Assembly: GCA_963827655.1 (NCBI GenBank)
Contig: CAWHCF010000006.1
Location: 1 to 64,000 of the forward strand
From: an uncultured Acidobacteriota bacterium
Lineage (GTDB): Bacteria > Acidobacteriota > UBA6911
Direction of reading: 5' to 3'
DNA length: 64,000 nucleotides
Positions 40,358 to 51,786 of the stretch are shown in pieces. Under the pieces are notes generated by a model. The model was not told where the DNA came from. It did not search any database and saw only the letters and a program-made list of their open reading frames with translations. The position numbers were made by a program, and so were the translations under genes. How positions within the stretch are numbered: the stretch's first letter is position 1; each line of letters begins with the position of its first letter.

Positions 40358-40890
40358 ATGAAAAGACATCGGTTCGCTGGCTTGCTGGCCGTGATTGGCT
40401 GTATGACCATGCCCCTGGCGGCATCAGTGATTCCAGGGCGCTGGGAAAAAGTAGATGCTCTGACATCAGGATTCCAGATCGTCGTGACCTTGAAATCCGG
40501 GGACCGTCTCGAAGGCGCCTTCAAAAGCTCCGGACCGGATTTTCTGGAGCTGGTCACTCCAACGGGATCCGATTTGAGGACTGCGAAGCGGGATGTGCTC
40601 AAGATCGTCGCCAAAGAAAAATATCAGGATGGTCATCGCGACGGTCTTCTGGCCGGCTTGCTGTTGGGCCTGGGGGGTGGTATCGCGGCGGGCGCATATA
40701 TCTACTACACCGCATCCGGCGAGGCTCCCGAATCTCCGGCCGGTGTCATGGCTGGCAGCGGAATGTTTGGAGCCGGAATCGGCGCCCTGACGGGCTATCT
40801 AGCCGATCGATCGCATAAGGGAACCGAGGTGCTCTACCAGGCTCCCAGGCCGGACGCATCGCCTGTCGAAGAGCTCGATCTCCCGTTAAG
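40358..40890 (+). CDS. Hypothetical secreted glycine-zipper protein; true 3' end uncertain
   Basis: Signal peptide, VTLKSGDRLEG, GAGIGALTGYLADRSHKGTEVLY. The ORF formally runs to 41257 through a repeat and antisense to the next gene. Confidence 0.6.
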
Positions 40891-40933
40891 TTGCTTCGCG
40901 TTTTCTAAGGCTGTCTTGCTTTTCTTGGCACGA

Positions 40934-41010
40934 TTCTTAGTGTTTCTTCGTGCCTTTGAGTCTTCGTGGTATTTGTTTGACAGCTCTAACTACGAAGACG
41001 CGAAGACGCG
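40934..41010. repeat. Octamer-based REP-like palindrome
   Basis: GTGTTTCTTCGTGCCTTTGAGTCTTCGTGGTATTTGTTTGACAGCTCTAACTACGAAGACGCGAAG; reverse orientation of 63083. Confidence 0.8.
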
Positions 41011-41017
41011 CCGTGCC

Positions 41018-42247
41018 CTAGACGTTGGTTTTTGTCAAAATCTGTTTGATCCGATCGGCAATAATAGTTTCCTCACCCGAGAGGAGATTGTACGGAAAGA
41101 TCCCAAGTCCCTTCCACGGCGGACGAAACTTTGTCATGTCACTTGCCTCAATCGGGGGTTCTCCGTCTCGCAGGAGCTTGACCATTTCTGCCAGAGTCAC
41201 ACCCAGTTTTCCCTCGTCCCACTGCACGGACAGCCGGGGAGAGTGGCTATAGTCTGAATTGGTGATGTATTCGGTGAACACCGTGGGAACGCCCTTGAGC
41301 CGCGCGGCGATGCGGTCGAGCATGGCGTGCCACTCCCGGCGCTCGGCAGCATGATCTTTCTTCAGATTCCACTCGACTGCAGCCAGCAGTCCGACGATCT
41401 CTTCCTTGCCCACCTTGGCGATACGCGCGAAACGATTGTGGGGAGAACTGTTGGCATAGGCCGCCTCGACCAGGTCCTTCCGGCCGAGCAACAAACCGCT
41501 GCACTGCGGTCCGCGCAGGTTTTTCCCCCCGCTGAAGGCTACCAGATCAGCTCCCATTTTGACGAACTTGCTGAGATTTTCCGCCGGTGGAATCTCGGCT
41601 GCAGCATCGAGGATCACGGGAATTTTAGCGCGGCGCGCGATCTCGATCAGTTCTTCGAGTTCCACCTTGTGGCCCATTGAGTTATGGCTAAGGACCATTG
41701 CCAGCGCCGCCGTTTTTTCGCCAATCGCGCGACGAATCTCCTCGGCCGTTTCGGCTTCGATCAACTTGACTCCGACCATTCGAAAAGCATGGTCGTACGA
41801 ATTCCGGTGAACCTTCTGAATGATGATTTCGCTTTTCATTCCGGTCAGGTCCGGCAGCCGGTCAATCCTGGCCGGGTCTTTTCCTGCAGTGACCGCGCAT
41901 GTCGCCAGGCAAAGGCTCGCCGAGGCCCCGGCCGTAACGAACGCCGCCTCGGCTCCGGTCAATTCGGCGAGTCGCTGCCCCACTTTCTCCTGAAGTTCGT
42001 GAATGCGGACGAATCGACGCGAAGCTTCTTCCATCGCGTGCCGGACTTCGGGGGGCATCACGCTGCCGCTCAAGGTGGTCAGGGTACCGACGGCGTTTAT
42101 GAAAGGCCGCACGCCCAGCCGGGAGTAGACTCCGGACGGGGCGTGCGAGGCTGTCTGAGCGCCGGCAAACACGCGGCTTCCCGCCGCCGGCAAGGCCCAT
42201 CCTGCGTGAAAGAACCTTCGGCGAGAGAGCTTATCGATCAATTTCAT
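41018..42247 (-). CDS. SelA-related PLP enzyme (DgaE-like) with a Tat signal
   Basis: SRRRFF; LGVRPFINAVGTLT.LSGS, ILDAAAE, GADLVAFSGGKNLRGPQCSG, KVGKEEIVG. Confidence 0.85.
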   Translation of the reverse strand: MKLIDKLSRRRFFHAGWALPAAGSRVFAGAQTASHAPSGVYSRLGVRPFINAVGTLTTLSGSVMPPEVRHAMEEASRRFVRIHELQEKVGQRLAELTGAEAAFVTAGASASLCLATCAVTAGKDPARIDRLPDLTGMKSEIIIQKVHRNSYDHAFRMVGVKLIEAETAEEIRRAIGEKTAALAMVLSHNSMGHKVELEELIEIARRAKIPVILDAAAEIPPAENLSKFVKMGADLVAFSGGKNLRGPQCSGLLLGRKDLVEAAYANSSPHNRFARIAKVGKEEIVGLLAAVEWNLKKDHAAERREWHAMLDRIAARLKGVPTVFTEYITNSDYSHSPRLSVQWDEGKLGVTLAEMVKLLRDGEPPIEASDMTKFRPPWKGLGIFPYNLLSGEETIIADRIKQILTKTNV

Positions 42248-42389
42248 GGGGCACCTCCTGAGAGCGAGAATATATCAGATTCCTTTGCGTCCCCCCGTCG
42301 AGTTTCTTACGCGCTTGATGAAACGTGCAAACCAACATGTAGTCGTTCACAAGGGGCCCTTTCGTTCGGGGCGAAGTCCCCGAACGAAC

Positions 42390-42459
42390 CTTAGAGTCTT
42401 CGTGTCTTCGTGGTCAGCGCTGCGGAACAAACCCAACCACCAAGACACCAAGAAACGCT
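42390..42459. repeat. Octamer-based REP-like palindrome
   Basis: GTCTTCGTGTCTTCGTGGT...AACCACCAAGACACCAAGAAAC. Confidence 0.75.
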
Positions 42460-42563
42460 AGGCTCTTGTCGATGCGGGCGGCCTTGCACTATATTTCTAA
42501 GACCAAAATCCAGTTCTGGAGCGGTTTATGCACGGAGCGCTTGGATTCGTGAGGGTATAGCTT

Positions 42564-45342
42564 TTGGAGCAGATCGGAAAATACAGGATCTTGTCCAAGA
42601 TCGGCCAGGGAGGAATGGGTGTTGTCTACAAAGCCCAGGATCCAAAGATTGAGCGTGTCCTGGCCGTGAAGATCATCTCTGCCCGCCTCGATACGGAACC
42701 TGAGCTGCGCAGCCGTTTTCGTCAGGAGGCCCGTTCGGCGGCCCAACTCTCCCACAAGAACATCATAACAATCTTCGAGTACGACGAAGAGGATGGGCTC
42801 GCCTATCTGGCGATGGAGTTTCTTGACGGAGAAGATCTCAAGACCAAGATATCCGACCGGCAATGGATGCCTCTTGAACTGAAGCTTCGCATCATGAAAG
42901 AGGTGGCCGAGGGCCTCTCCCACGCTCACAAAATGGGGGTCATTCACCGCGATGTTAAACCGGGCAACATCTTCATCACGCGGTCGGGCGAGGTAAAGAT
43001 ACTCGACTTCGGGCTGGCCCGGCTCACGACATCGGAACTCACCCGGACGGGAGTTTCTATGGGAACTCCCGCCTACATGTCGCCTGAGCAACTCCGCTAC
43101 GACAGGGTCGATCACAAGTCTGACATATTCTCGGCCGGCGTCGTTTTCTATGAGCTGCTCACTTACCACAAGCCCTTCCATGGCGATTCGAATTTCTCTA
43201 TTTCTCTCAAGATCGTCGACAGCGACCCAGCCCCGGTGGAGGACCTGGAGAAGTCAATTCCGCCGGCGCTCTCGTCGATAATCCGCAGAGCGCTGGAAAA
43301 AGATCCCGCCAGACGGTACCAGACGATGGATGAGCTGCTCGAAGATCTGGATGAGGTCCGCCGCAACCTCGAAGAGCGCACTCTCCAGCTCCAGAGAGAG
43401 ATCGCCGAGGACAGCGGCAAACTAGAGCAATTATTGAGGGATCACAGGCAGTTTTTCCAAACCGAGTCGCCTGCAACATCACAAACTGGCGTTATAGTCA
43501 CTTCACCGCCCGCGGAATCGGCAGGCGATAAAGCGGATTCCGGCCGGAGATCGGGGTCACAGCTCGACTATCTCCGAACTCTGGAGATGCGAAACCAGAC
43601 GCGCATCGAGCTCGACCGGCTCAGCAACTCGCTGATAAAACGGAGGGAAGCGAGCAGGGTTCTCGCCCAGGCTGAGGAACTTGTTGACAAGGGAGACTTC
43701 GGATCGGCTCAGGAGAGCATTGAGAAGGTTCTCAGCCAGGATCCCGAGAGCACAGAGGCGCTGTTTTTGAAAGAGCGCATCGCCGAAAAAACCGCCGCGC
43801 GGGCCAGGCCACTCACGGACTCTTACCCCGGGGAAGGCGACGCCACACAAAGTCCGGTAGTTCCCGTTTTTGAAGAGACTGTAGAAATCGGAAAGCTCGA
43901 CCGGGCCGCCGGAACGATCCCAGCTGAACCCTCTGTCCTCAGAGTCTCTAAAGGATCTGACCCTAAGCCTCCGGCACCCCTCGAGACTGATTCCCTGACC
44001 CATAAGGCCGGCCAGGAGCAGTGATGACTTCGCGTTGCTTGAAGACAGTCCCGTGACCCCGGTCGAACCGCCGCAAGCGCGACGACCCAGTTCACGCGTT
44101 TTGCTCTGGGCGGGTGGAGCAATCATCCTATCGGTACTGATCGTGGCGCTCCTCATTCTTCGGCAGAATTTCACGCCGACGCCCGACGTCGACGCGCAAC
44201 TGGCTTCCGCAAGGTCGCTGATCGAACAGAAACAGTACGACAGCGCAATCGACCTGCTGCGCCAGATTAGCGCCGCGCAACCGGCGAACACCGAGGCCCA
44301 GACTCTGCTGGGCGACGCTCAACGTCAGAAGGAAATTGCCGGACTGTTCGATCAGGCTCGGGACCTGACGGGCCAGAACCGTTTCGATGAGGCAAAGGTC
44401 GTTTACGACAGGCTGCTTCAGCTCGACCCTGCGAATAGTCAAGCGGCCGAGCTCAGGAGAGGTCTCGAGAGCACGATTGCGCCACCGCCGGTGACCGACG
44501 CCGACCCTCAGATCGACTCGCAAGCGTCTCTTGCCGAAATCCAGACTCTGATTGCAGCCAACAAGCTCGCGGAAGCGCAAGCGCGTCTGGACAAGGTGCT
44601 GGCCGCCAACCCGAGGGATCCGAAGGGCCTGGCTCTGCGCAAGGATATTCTCGCCCGCATGGAGGCGGCTCGCCGGCAAGCGCTCAAGCAGAAAGAATCG
44701 TTGGAAGCCAGTGAGAGACTGGCCGGACTCGAGCGTCAGGCCGAAACGTTGTTCCGAGAGGGGAAATACGCTCAACTCCCGACGGCGCTTGACGAATGGC
44801 TGATCGCCGATCCTCAGAGCGCGCGAGCCCTTCAGTTGAGGGAGCAACTAAAAGAACTCCAGGTGCAACAGCAGCGGTTCGAATCGGCTGCGAAGATCAA
44901 GAATCCGGACGAGGGCTTGAAGGCTCTTCAACAAATCGAAAGAATGAATCCAAGCGACCCCCGTCTTGCAGAACTCCGCCAGCGCCTTGCCGGCGAAGAA
45001 TTCAAGCCTGCGCCCGCACCCGCTCCGCTACCGCAGACCGCTGCGCCGGCGCGACGCCCCCCGGAACCCTTCTCGATACCCGTGGAACATGGCCACGTTC
45101 TGGGAAAATGCTCCGGCGACTTGCGCATGGATGGGACGACGTTGAGCTACAAGACCAGTCACAAGGACCACGGGTTCACGCTGCCGCTTGAAAAACTCAG
45201 GTTCACCACAGAGAACAACAAGGTAACCGTGATCGATTCGGCTACAAATTATCAGGTGAGAACCTTCAAGGCTCGCGATGCGGAGCAGGCAAAGAGCTTC
45301 ATGCAGGCCTGGGAACGATTGAAGGGAAACAAACCAGTGTAG
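42564..45342 (+). CDS. Hanks-type Ser/Thr protein kinase with TM helix and TPR ectodomain, split by a frameshift at 43999-44022
   Basis: IGQGGMGVVY, AVK, HRDVKPGN, DFGLA, GTPAYMSPE. The second frame (44035..45342) supplies the TM helix and TPRs and is open from 43999. Confidence 0.85.
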
Positions 45343-45364
45343 TTTTCTCAGGAAAAGCTTAGTC

Positions 45365-45404
45365 GGTGTTTCTTCGCGTCTTCGTGTCTCAGCGGTATTT
45401 GTTC
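45365..45404. repeat. Octamer REP-like arm overlapping a gene end
   Basis: GGTGTTTCTTCGCGTCTTCGTGTCTCAGCGGTATTTGTTC. Confidence 0.65.
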
Positions 45405-48400
45405 TGGGTTACCGCCGGCCTGGGCGCCGGAACGGGAAAAACCCGGGTGTTATACCTCCGCCGATAGCTTCGATGCTCTTCGTCATCAGGATACTTCTCC
45501 GACGACGAGTACGGGAATTTTGACATTCCGTGAAAAGGGAGCGGGCCCATCACCTCGGGATAGAGCGAGTTGATGTCCATGTCTTTTCCGTAACCATCCG
45601 CGTACAACAGGTAGTCGCGCGCCCAGCCGGCCGGCAGCTGCGGGACTGAGCCGGCGTCGAAGCGCAGCGAGACTTCATCTCCGTGCCGGGTTATGACGAA
45701 CATGTCGTCTTTCTCGAGCAGAAGCTCCCGCACATCGCCAAAGCGCGTATAAGCCCCGGCATGCACGCCCCAGAGCTCAAACGGAAGAATTCGGCTGTAG
45801 TCGTATATCCACGGCAGCTTGCCATCGGGAGTGTAGTAGACAGGATAACCGCGGAAGTGCAGGTCGGCTGCTTCCGGTTCCAGGCGCGTCACCCGAATCT
45901 CGGCATGGTCCGAAGTGTCCACGCGTATGCGGTCCCAGTAGATTTTCATGCTGGTTACGATCCGAACCCGATAGTCATCCGACGGAAATTTTCCCGTCAA
46001 ATCGACCGTCATCGTTTTTGGCAGTCCGGCAGGAAACCCCAGGGACGGAATGACCGTCTTCCATTCGCCGGTTTTATCCTTCGTCTGGAGCAAGGGAGGG
46101 ATGAGCGCAACCCCGGCCTGGCTCGCCGCCAGATTAGAAGACGAATCGGCATAGTCGATCCATGCATCCATCAGCAACACAACTTTCTTTGAGCCGCTCA
46201 GGTTGCCAAGATCGAGCGTGATCGAGTGAGCCTCCGCGTAGCCCTTGAAAGGCAAAGAGCGAAACCTGTCAGGGTAAACGCGATCCTTCGAGGCAATCAG
46301 CGGCAAGATGTCTTCTCCCTGCTGATCCACGGCGGATCGAGGCGGTCGAGCATTACTCGCTGTGATTATCTTGAACTCAGGGAATGGAGGCCCGGGCATC
46401 AGGCGTTCGTCGGGATATACCTCGGTCGCCGCGGGGTGGTCTACCACGAGCAGTCGGGCCTGATCGAACATGATGATTTCTTCCAGCTGATTATTGAGGT
46501 TCAGCAGGTACTTCCCGTCACGAGGAATCAGCTGGCTTCCCTCGATGCGGATATATTCATCGGTATCCGGTGTGCTGTACCGGCCGGGAGCTTGCAGATA
46601 ACCGATGGCGCAGCCTCCCAGAAAATCAGTGACAAACTCAAACTGTTTGCCGTTCCATGCATAAAGGAGCGGGCAGGAGGTTCCTTTACGATCCAGCTCT
46701 TTCACTCGCACGACCCGGTCGGCTGCCACATTGATTTCACTCTGCAAAACGCCGCTGGGCCAGCGCACCGTGATGGAATCTACCTTGGTCGAGTCGAGCC
46801 CCAACCACACCATCTGGCTGTCCTGAGAAAGGTGGCGGCCGTGTCCCTGGACTTCGAACTTCTGGTACAGAGCGCCGGCCCGAATCTCCACCTTTGCTCC
46901 GAGCCCCAGCTTGTTGCTGCGCAACCCTTCCAGTTGAACCGCAACCCAATGGCTGGAATTTCCGGTTTCGTTCTGCCAGACCTGCGGATTTCCGAAAGAA
47001 TCGAGGCAGAGGATGTCAACGCGCCCGTCGCCGTTCAGGTCGGCTGACGGCAGAGCCGCCCCCGGCCGCGAAACCGGTGAGACGGCCGGCGAAAGCGAAG
47101 CTTCCGTCCCCGGCGTTCTCCCACAGGCTGCCACCGTCTTTTTCCCCCAGCAGATAGAGGTCAAGATCCCCATCGCGGTCATAGTCCAGCACGCCTGAAC
47201 CCCAGCGTGACACTCGCGCCAGCAAAGCGGCGGAACGGGAATCAGCCTGCAACGAGCCGTCACCTTTATTCAGAAGCAGAAAATTTCGTCCCTGCTCTCC
47301 ACCTGAGAGAAAGAAATCCATCGCTCCGTCCCGGTTGAAGTCGGCCACCGTCAGGGCGCGGGAAGCTGTCTCAATGCCCGGGCCTGCTTTCCGAAAAATC
47401 TCCGTGAAACGGTCGTTACGATCGTTGGTAAAAAGTTGCGGCGGCGCGTCGTCGTTTAAAACGACCATGTCGATATCACGATCGTTGTCCAGATCTGTAG
47501 CGATCATCCCCAGGCTGCGATGGTTCCCTCCACCCACTCCCAGGGCGCTCGTGTAATCGGCAAAGGTCCCGTCACCGTTGTTGCGATACACGCGGTTGGA
47601 AGAGCCCGCAAGAGAAGAAGGGAACTTCAGCTGTCCCCCCGCGGGAACCTGGGAGGCATCGACGTAATGGCATACATAAAGATCAAGATCCCCATCGTGA
47701 TCGTAGTCGACGAATGCGCCGGAGAGTGCAACTCCGTCGTCGCCTACTTTGGCGGTGGCGGTGACATCCTGAAAGCGCCACTGACCGAGATTGCGAAACA
47801 GACGGTTCCCGCCCAGGCCGGCCAGATAGATGTCGGGCAGCATGTCGTTGTCATAATCTCCAATGGCGGCGCTTATCTGGCCGCCGCTGTTTTTGATGCC
47901 CGAGGACGACGAGCTGTCGGTGAACCTCCCCTTCCCGTCGTTACGCAAGAGGTAAGTCTCCCAGGCGCGCCGCTGCTGTTGAAACCGCGTAATGACGGCA
48001 TCCACGTCGCCGTCATTGTCCAGGTCCGATAGAGCGACGCCACCCCCGAGCTCGGGAAGCAAGCGCGACTTCAGGTACTCGAGGCTCCATTCCGCAGACG
48101 AGAACTCCGAAACGGACTGGAATGGGGATGTATTCACACCGAGTTCGCCCAGTCCCGCTTCGCGCGTTGTGGCCTTGAAAGGGGCGGAAGCATCCAGGGG
48201 CTTGGGGGCCAACGTAACCGGACTGACGACGGGCTTATACTCCATAGCCATGGCATAAGCGCCCATTTCACCGTATTGATTCCCCATGCCGGTGCCGCCG
48301 CCCGCCTCCCCTTTCTGCTGCAAGGTTCGGAACTGTTCCAGGATTCGATTCCCTTCTTCTGCGCGACCGGTCTTGAGAAGCAAGGAACCGAGGTTGTACA

Positions 48401-48920
48401 TCGCGGATGTATTCAAGGGATCCAATTCCAGCGAGCGTCTCAGCGCCGACTCGGCTTGCTCGTTCGAACGCAATCTGGCTCTCAGAACTCCCAGATTATA
48501 GAAGCTGGCTGAGTCTTTCGGATCCAGTTGGGTGACCCGGAGGAAGTGCTCAACGGATTGTTCGTATTCCCCCCTGTTTTTGTGAATAAGGCCAAGCGAG
48601 TAATGGATGTGAGGGCTCGCGGGCTCGCGGGTCAAAGCATCCTGAAGCGTGGACTGTGCCTCATCATAATCCTGTTTGTACAGGAGAGCCAACCCCAGGT
48701 TGATCCGGGCTTGATTAAATGTGGCGTCGGCGTCCACTGCCTTGCGAAATGCCGCCGCAGCTTCGGTGTAAGAGTACTGGTTCATATAGGCGACGCCGAT
48801 GTTGTTCTGCTCGATCGCAGTACGCGAATCGCTCCACGCCGCTGAGGCAATCAGCGCCAGGGGAAGGCAGCAGGCAATGGTTCGAAGGGAACAGGACCCG
48901 TTGCGGAGAATTGAAAACAT
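45389..48920 (-). CDS. TPR + FG-GAP + ASPIC/UnbV (CRTAC1-like) secreted protein, frameshift near 47045
   Basis: N-terminal TPRs; DLDNDGDVD, GDYDND, DYDHDGDLDLY; SNKLGLGAKVEI, VRWPSGVLQ, SCPLLYAWNG, DGYGKDMD. Confidence 0.88.
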
Positions 48921-49051
48921 AGGTGTGTTCCTTTTCTTTTAAGTTGGCTGCGAAAGATTATAGCAACTTTCCGTGTGTCATTACGCCTTCGTGGCAAGTT
49001 GACACCACGGAAAGGCTCTGTTATCAATCTGTCAAAAAACCGGAGCAAGAA

Positions 49052-49867
49052 ATGACCTCCGCCTCGCAAGCGGTACGTGTTGCCGACGATCAGAAGGTCT
49101 ACGAACGGCTCCAGATCATCGCGCATGAACGAACCCACCGTAAAGTATTAGAAATTTTTGCCGATTTTCCCGATCGCGGCACGCTCCTGGAAATTCCTGC
49201 CGGAGAGGGAGCTCTAGCCTGGCAACTGAAGAAACTGGGCTATACCGTGACCGCAGGCGATATCGACCCTCGCTTTTTCAAGGTGACGCCCATACCCTGC
49301 ATCTATCTTGATTTGAACCAGGAATTCCCGGTCAAGAATGAAGAATTCGATTTCATAAGTTGTATTGAAGGAATCGAGCACCTTCAAGACCAGTTCCGAT
49401 TCGTGCGCGAGTGCCATCGGGTGCTGCGCCCGAATGGCCGTCTGGTGATCTCGACACCCAACGTCCTGAACCTCGCGTCGCGGCTCAAGTTTCTCTTTTC
49501 GGGTTTCTACTCGCTCTTTCCCCGGCCCGTGAACGAGTTCAGCCTGGTACCCGTTTTCGATCACATCAGTCCGGTCACTTACTACCAGCTCCGCTACATG
49601 CTCCATACTCAAGGGTTCCGAATTACCCACGTCACTTCTGATCTCCAGCGGCGGGGCGCGTCGGCCCTGTATTTCCTGAAACCCCTTATCCACCTCTATA
49701 CCATCCGCACAATGAGGAAAGAGCCGGATCCGCGTCAGCGCAAAACTAATCGAGAAATACGGCAGGTACTGACCTCCCCATCGATTCTGTTGGGAAGGAC
49801 GCTGATTCTGGTCGCCCGGAAATCAACCCATCAGGCGATTCCAACCGTCCAGGCATCGCAGGTCTGA
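49052..49867 (+). CDS. Class I SAM-dependent methyltransferase
   Basis: LLEIPAGEG, FDFISCIEGIEHL, RVLRPNGRLVISTPN. Confidence 0.92.
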   Translation: MTSASQAVRVADDQKVYERLQIIAHERTHRKVLEIFADFPDRGTLLEIPAGEGALAWQLKKLGYTVTAGDIDPRFFKVTPIPCIYLDLNQEFPVKNEEFDFISCIEGIEHLQDQFRFVRECHRVLRPNGRLVISTPNVLNLASRLKFLFSGFYSLFPRPVNEFSLVPVFDHISPVTYYQLRYMLHTQGFRITHVTSDLQRRGASALYFLKPLIHLYTIRTMRKEPDPRQRKTNREIRQVLTSPSILLGRTLILVARKSTHQAIPTVQASQV

Positions 49868-49874
49868 CCACTGT

Positions 49875-49925
49875 CTTTCTTCGCGTTTCTTCGAGTCTTC
49901 GTGTCTTAGAGGTTGGTTTTTGTTG
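49875..49925. repeat. Octamer REP-like arm
   Basis: TTTCTTCGCGTTTCTTCGAGTCTTCGTGTCTTAGAGGTTGG. Confidence 0.7.
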
Positions 49926-49945
49926 CAATCGAATATAATCGGACC

Positions 49946-50716
49946 ATGACCGAAGAAGCGGGCGTCGTCTTCATCACGGGAGCCGGCAAAGGGCTCGGCA
50001 GGCGCATGGCGCTCGCGTTCGGCGCTCGCGGTTTCGGAGTGGCCGTCACAGGAATAGAAGGTACGCGTGAAACCGGCGAAGAGCTGCGCGCCAAGGGAAC
50101 CCACGCGCTCGATATTCACCTGGATCTAACCCGGCCCGAGCAAATCGAAGAGGGCGTGGCGCGCGCGTTAACCGAATTCGGTTCTATCGATGTGCTCGTC
50201 AACAATGCGGGCGTCGAAGGCCCAACTGCGCCAGTGGCGCAGGTCTCGCTTCGAGACTGGGAAACAACCCTGGCTGTCAACCTCACGGGCGCCTTCCTCT
50301 GTGATCGCGCCCTTATCCCACACATGATGGCGCGCCGATCGGGTTGCATTATCCATATTTCCTCCGTGGCCGGAACCCACGCCTATCCGATGAGAGCGCC
50401 CTACGCCGTCTCCAAGTGGGCTCTGATCGGGCTGACAGAAACGCTGGCCGCCGAGCTCGGGCCTTACAACCTTCGGGTAAATACCATTTGCCCGGGGCCG
50501 GTGCAAGGCGATCGCATGGGCCGCGTCATCGCCGAGCGGGCGCGCGCACAGGGCCGCAGTCCTGGCGAGATCGAAGAGGAGTATCGAGCCAAATCGGCCC
50601 TCCATCGAATGGTTGAGCCTGAAGACGTGGTCGCGCTGGTCTTGTTCCTCGCCTCCGACGCCGCTCGGAGTATTACAGGGCAGGCGATCAGTGTATGCGG
50701 CGGATACGGACTCTGA
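49946..50716 (+). CDS. SDR family oxidoreductase
   Basis: ITGAGKGLG, VNNAG, YAVSK, VNTICPG. Confidence 0.95.
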   Translation: MTEEAGVVFITGAGKGLGRRMALAFGARGFGVAVTGIEGTRETGEELRAKGTHALDIHLDLTRPEQIEEGVARALTEFGSIDVLVNNAGVEGPTAPVAQVSLRDWETTLAVNLTGAFLCDRALIPHMMARRSGCIIHISSVAGTHAYPMRAPYAVSKWALIGLTETLAAELGPYNLRVNTICPGPVQGDRMGRVIAERARAQGRSPGEIEEEYRAKSALHRMVEPEDVVALVLFLASDAARSITGQAISVCGGYGL

Positions 50717-50830
50717 CGATTGCGGATTGCGGATTGCAGATTGCGGATTGTAGGGATTGCCATCAATAGATCTGCAGAACTCCTGAATCGGGATCCTAAT
50801 CCGCAATCCGCAATCTGCAATCCGCAATCG
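50717..50830. repeat. Inverted heptamer arrays (GATTGCG)n-spacer-(CGCAATC)n
   Basis: Arms mirror each other, including the single variant unit GATTGCA/TGCAATC. Confidence 0.9.
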
Positions 50831-50844
50831 AAAGGGGGTCAGAT

Positions 50845-51243
50845 ATGAACAGGAATCGTGGGCTGAAGGTGCTGGACGAAATGCTGGGAGCGGAGGCCGC
50901 GCGAGATGTGCGCCAGAACTGGCAAAAGATCTGCCCTGATTTCGAGAAATACGTGGTTGAATTCCTTTCGGGCGAGGTCTGGGCTCGTCCAAGGCTCAGC
51001 CGCAAAATCAAAAGTCTGTGCACGATTGCAGCTTTGGCGGCGCTGGGACGCAACCGCGGGCTTGAACTCAATATTCGGATGGCTCGCAACAACGGCGCGT
51101 CACGAGAGGAGATTCAGGAAACCCTGCTCCAGATTGCGCCGTATGCCGGCTTCCCCGCAGCATGGGAAGCCCTGGTGTTGACCAACCAGGTATTGGGGAC
51201 GGAGAAGGGAAACGGAAGAAAACCAACCAAGCGCAGACGCTAA
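50845..51243 (+). CDS. Carboxymuconolactone decarboxylase family protein
   Basis: GEVWARPRL...SLCTIAALAALG, NGASREEI, YAGFPAA. Confidence 0.92.
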   Translation: MNRNRGLKVLDEMLGAEAARDVRQNWQKICPDFEKYVVEFLSGEVWARPRLSRKIKSLCTIAALAALGRNRGLELNIRMARNNGASREEIQETLLQIAPYAGFPAAWEALVLTNQVLGTEKGNGRKPTKRRR

Positions 51244-51257
51244 GCAACGGCGAAGAC

Positions 51258-51707
51258 TCAGGTGCTGGCACTCGACCGGACCTCGCGATTGAGAGACTCG
51301 AAGAACTGATGCAGCAGCGTCGTCGCCATGCCCTGCAGCATGCGTTGACCCACGGACGCAATCAGCCCGCCTACCTGGACATCGGCCGAGTATCGAAAAT
51401 CGGTGGATCCTGCTTCTTGAGTCAGAGTGACGGATGCCACGCCGCGAACGAATCCGGGAGTTCCCTTCCCTTCCACCGTCAGCTTGTAAGACTTTGGTGG
51501 GTTCAAATCCGACATCGTAACGGTCCCGTTGTAGGATCCCCTGATGGCGCCAATCCCGATCTTGAGAACCGCCTTGTAGATATTCTCACCCATCGGTTCC
51601 AGGCGTTCGCAGCCGGGAATGCAACGGGTGAGGACCGCCGGGTCCATGAGCAGGCTCCAGACCCGCTGCCGGTCGGCGGGAAGCTCTCGAACGCCCTCAA
51701 CCTTCAT
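51258..51707 (-). CDS. coxG: CoxG (SRPBCC) accessory protein
   Basis: VWSLLMDPAVL..CIPGCE, VGGLIASVGQR. Confidence 0.9.
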   Translation of the reverse strand: MKVEGVRELPADRQRVWSLLMDPAVLTRCIPGCERLEPMGENIYKAVLKIGIGAIRGSYNGTVTMSDLNPPKSYKLTVEGKGTPGFVRGVASVTLTQEAGSTDFRYSADVQVGGLIASVGQRMLQGMATTLLHQFFESLNREVRSSAST

Positions 51708-51786
51708 TGATGAACCCCAACTCTTTTTGCGTCTCAGGGATGGCCTTGATCATTGCGCGCCAGCAGAGCGGCCAGGAAAACAAAGG

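Noticed and set aside
40890-41257. Long C-terminal extension of ORF 40337..41257
   Set aside because: It runs through an octamer repeat and antisense over the SelA-like gene; it is likely a lost stop or an artefact.
41018-42247. Calling this gene selA and inferring a selenocysteine operon
   Set aside because: The Tat leader and FSGGK motif fit the SelA-related/DgaE-like group, and no selB, selC or selD is in the window.
44022-44027. TGA-TGA at the end of the kinase ORF as a possible Sec or readthrough site
   Set aside because: The downstream TM-TPR part is in another frame, so a frameshift explains it. There is no Cys motif or SECIS-like hairpin.
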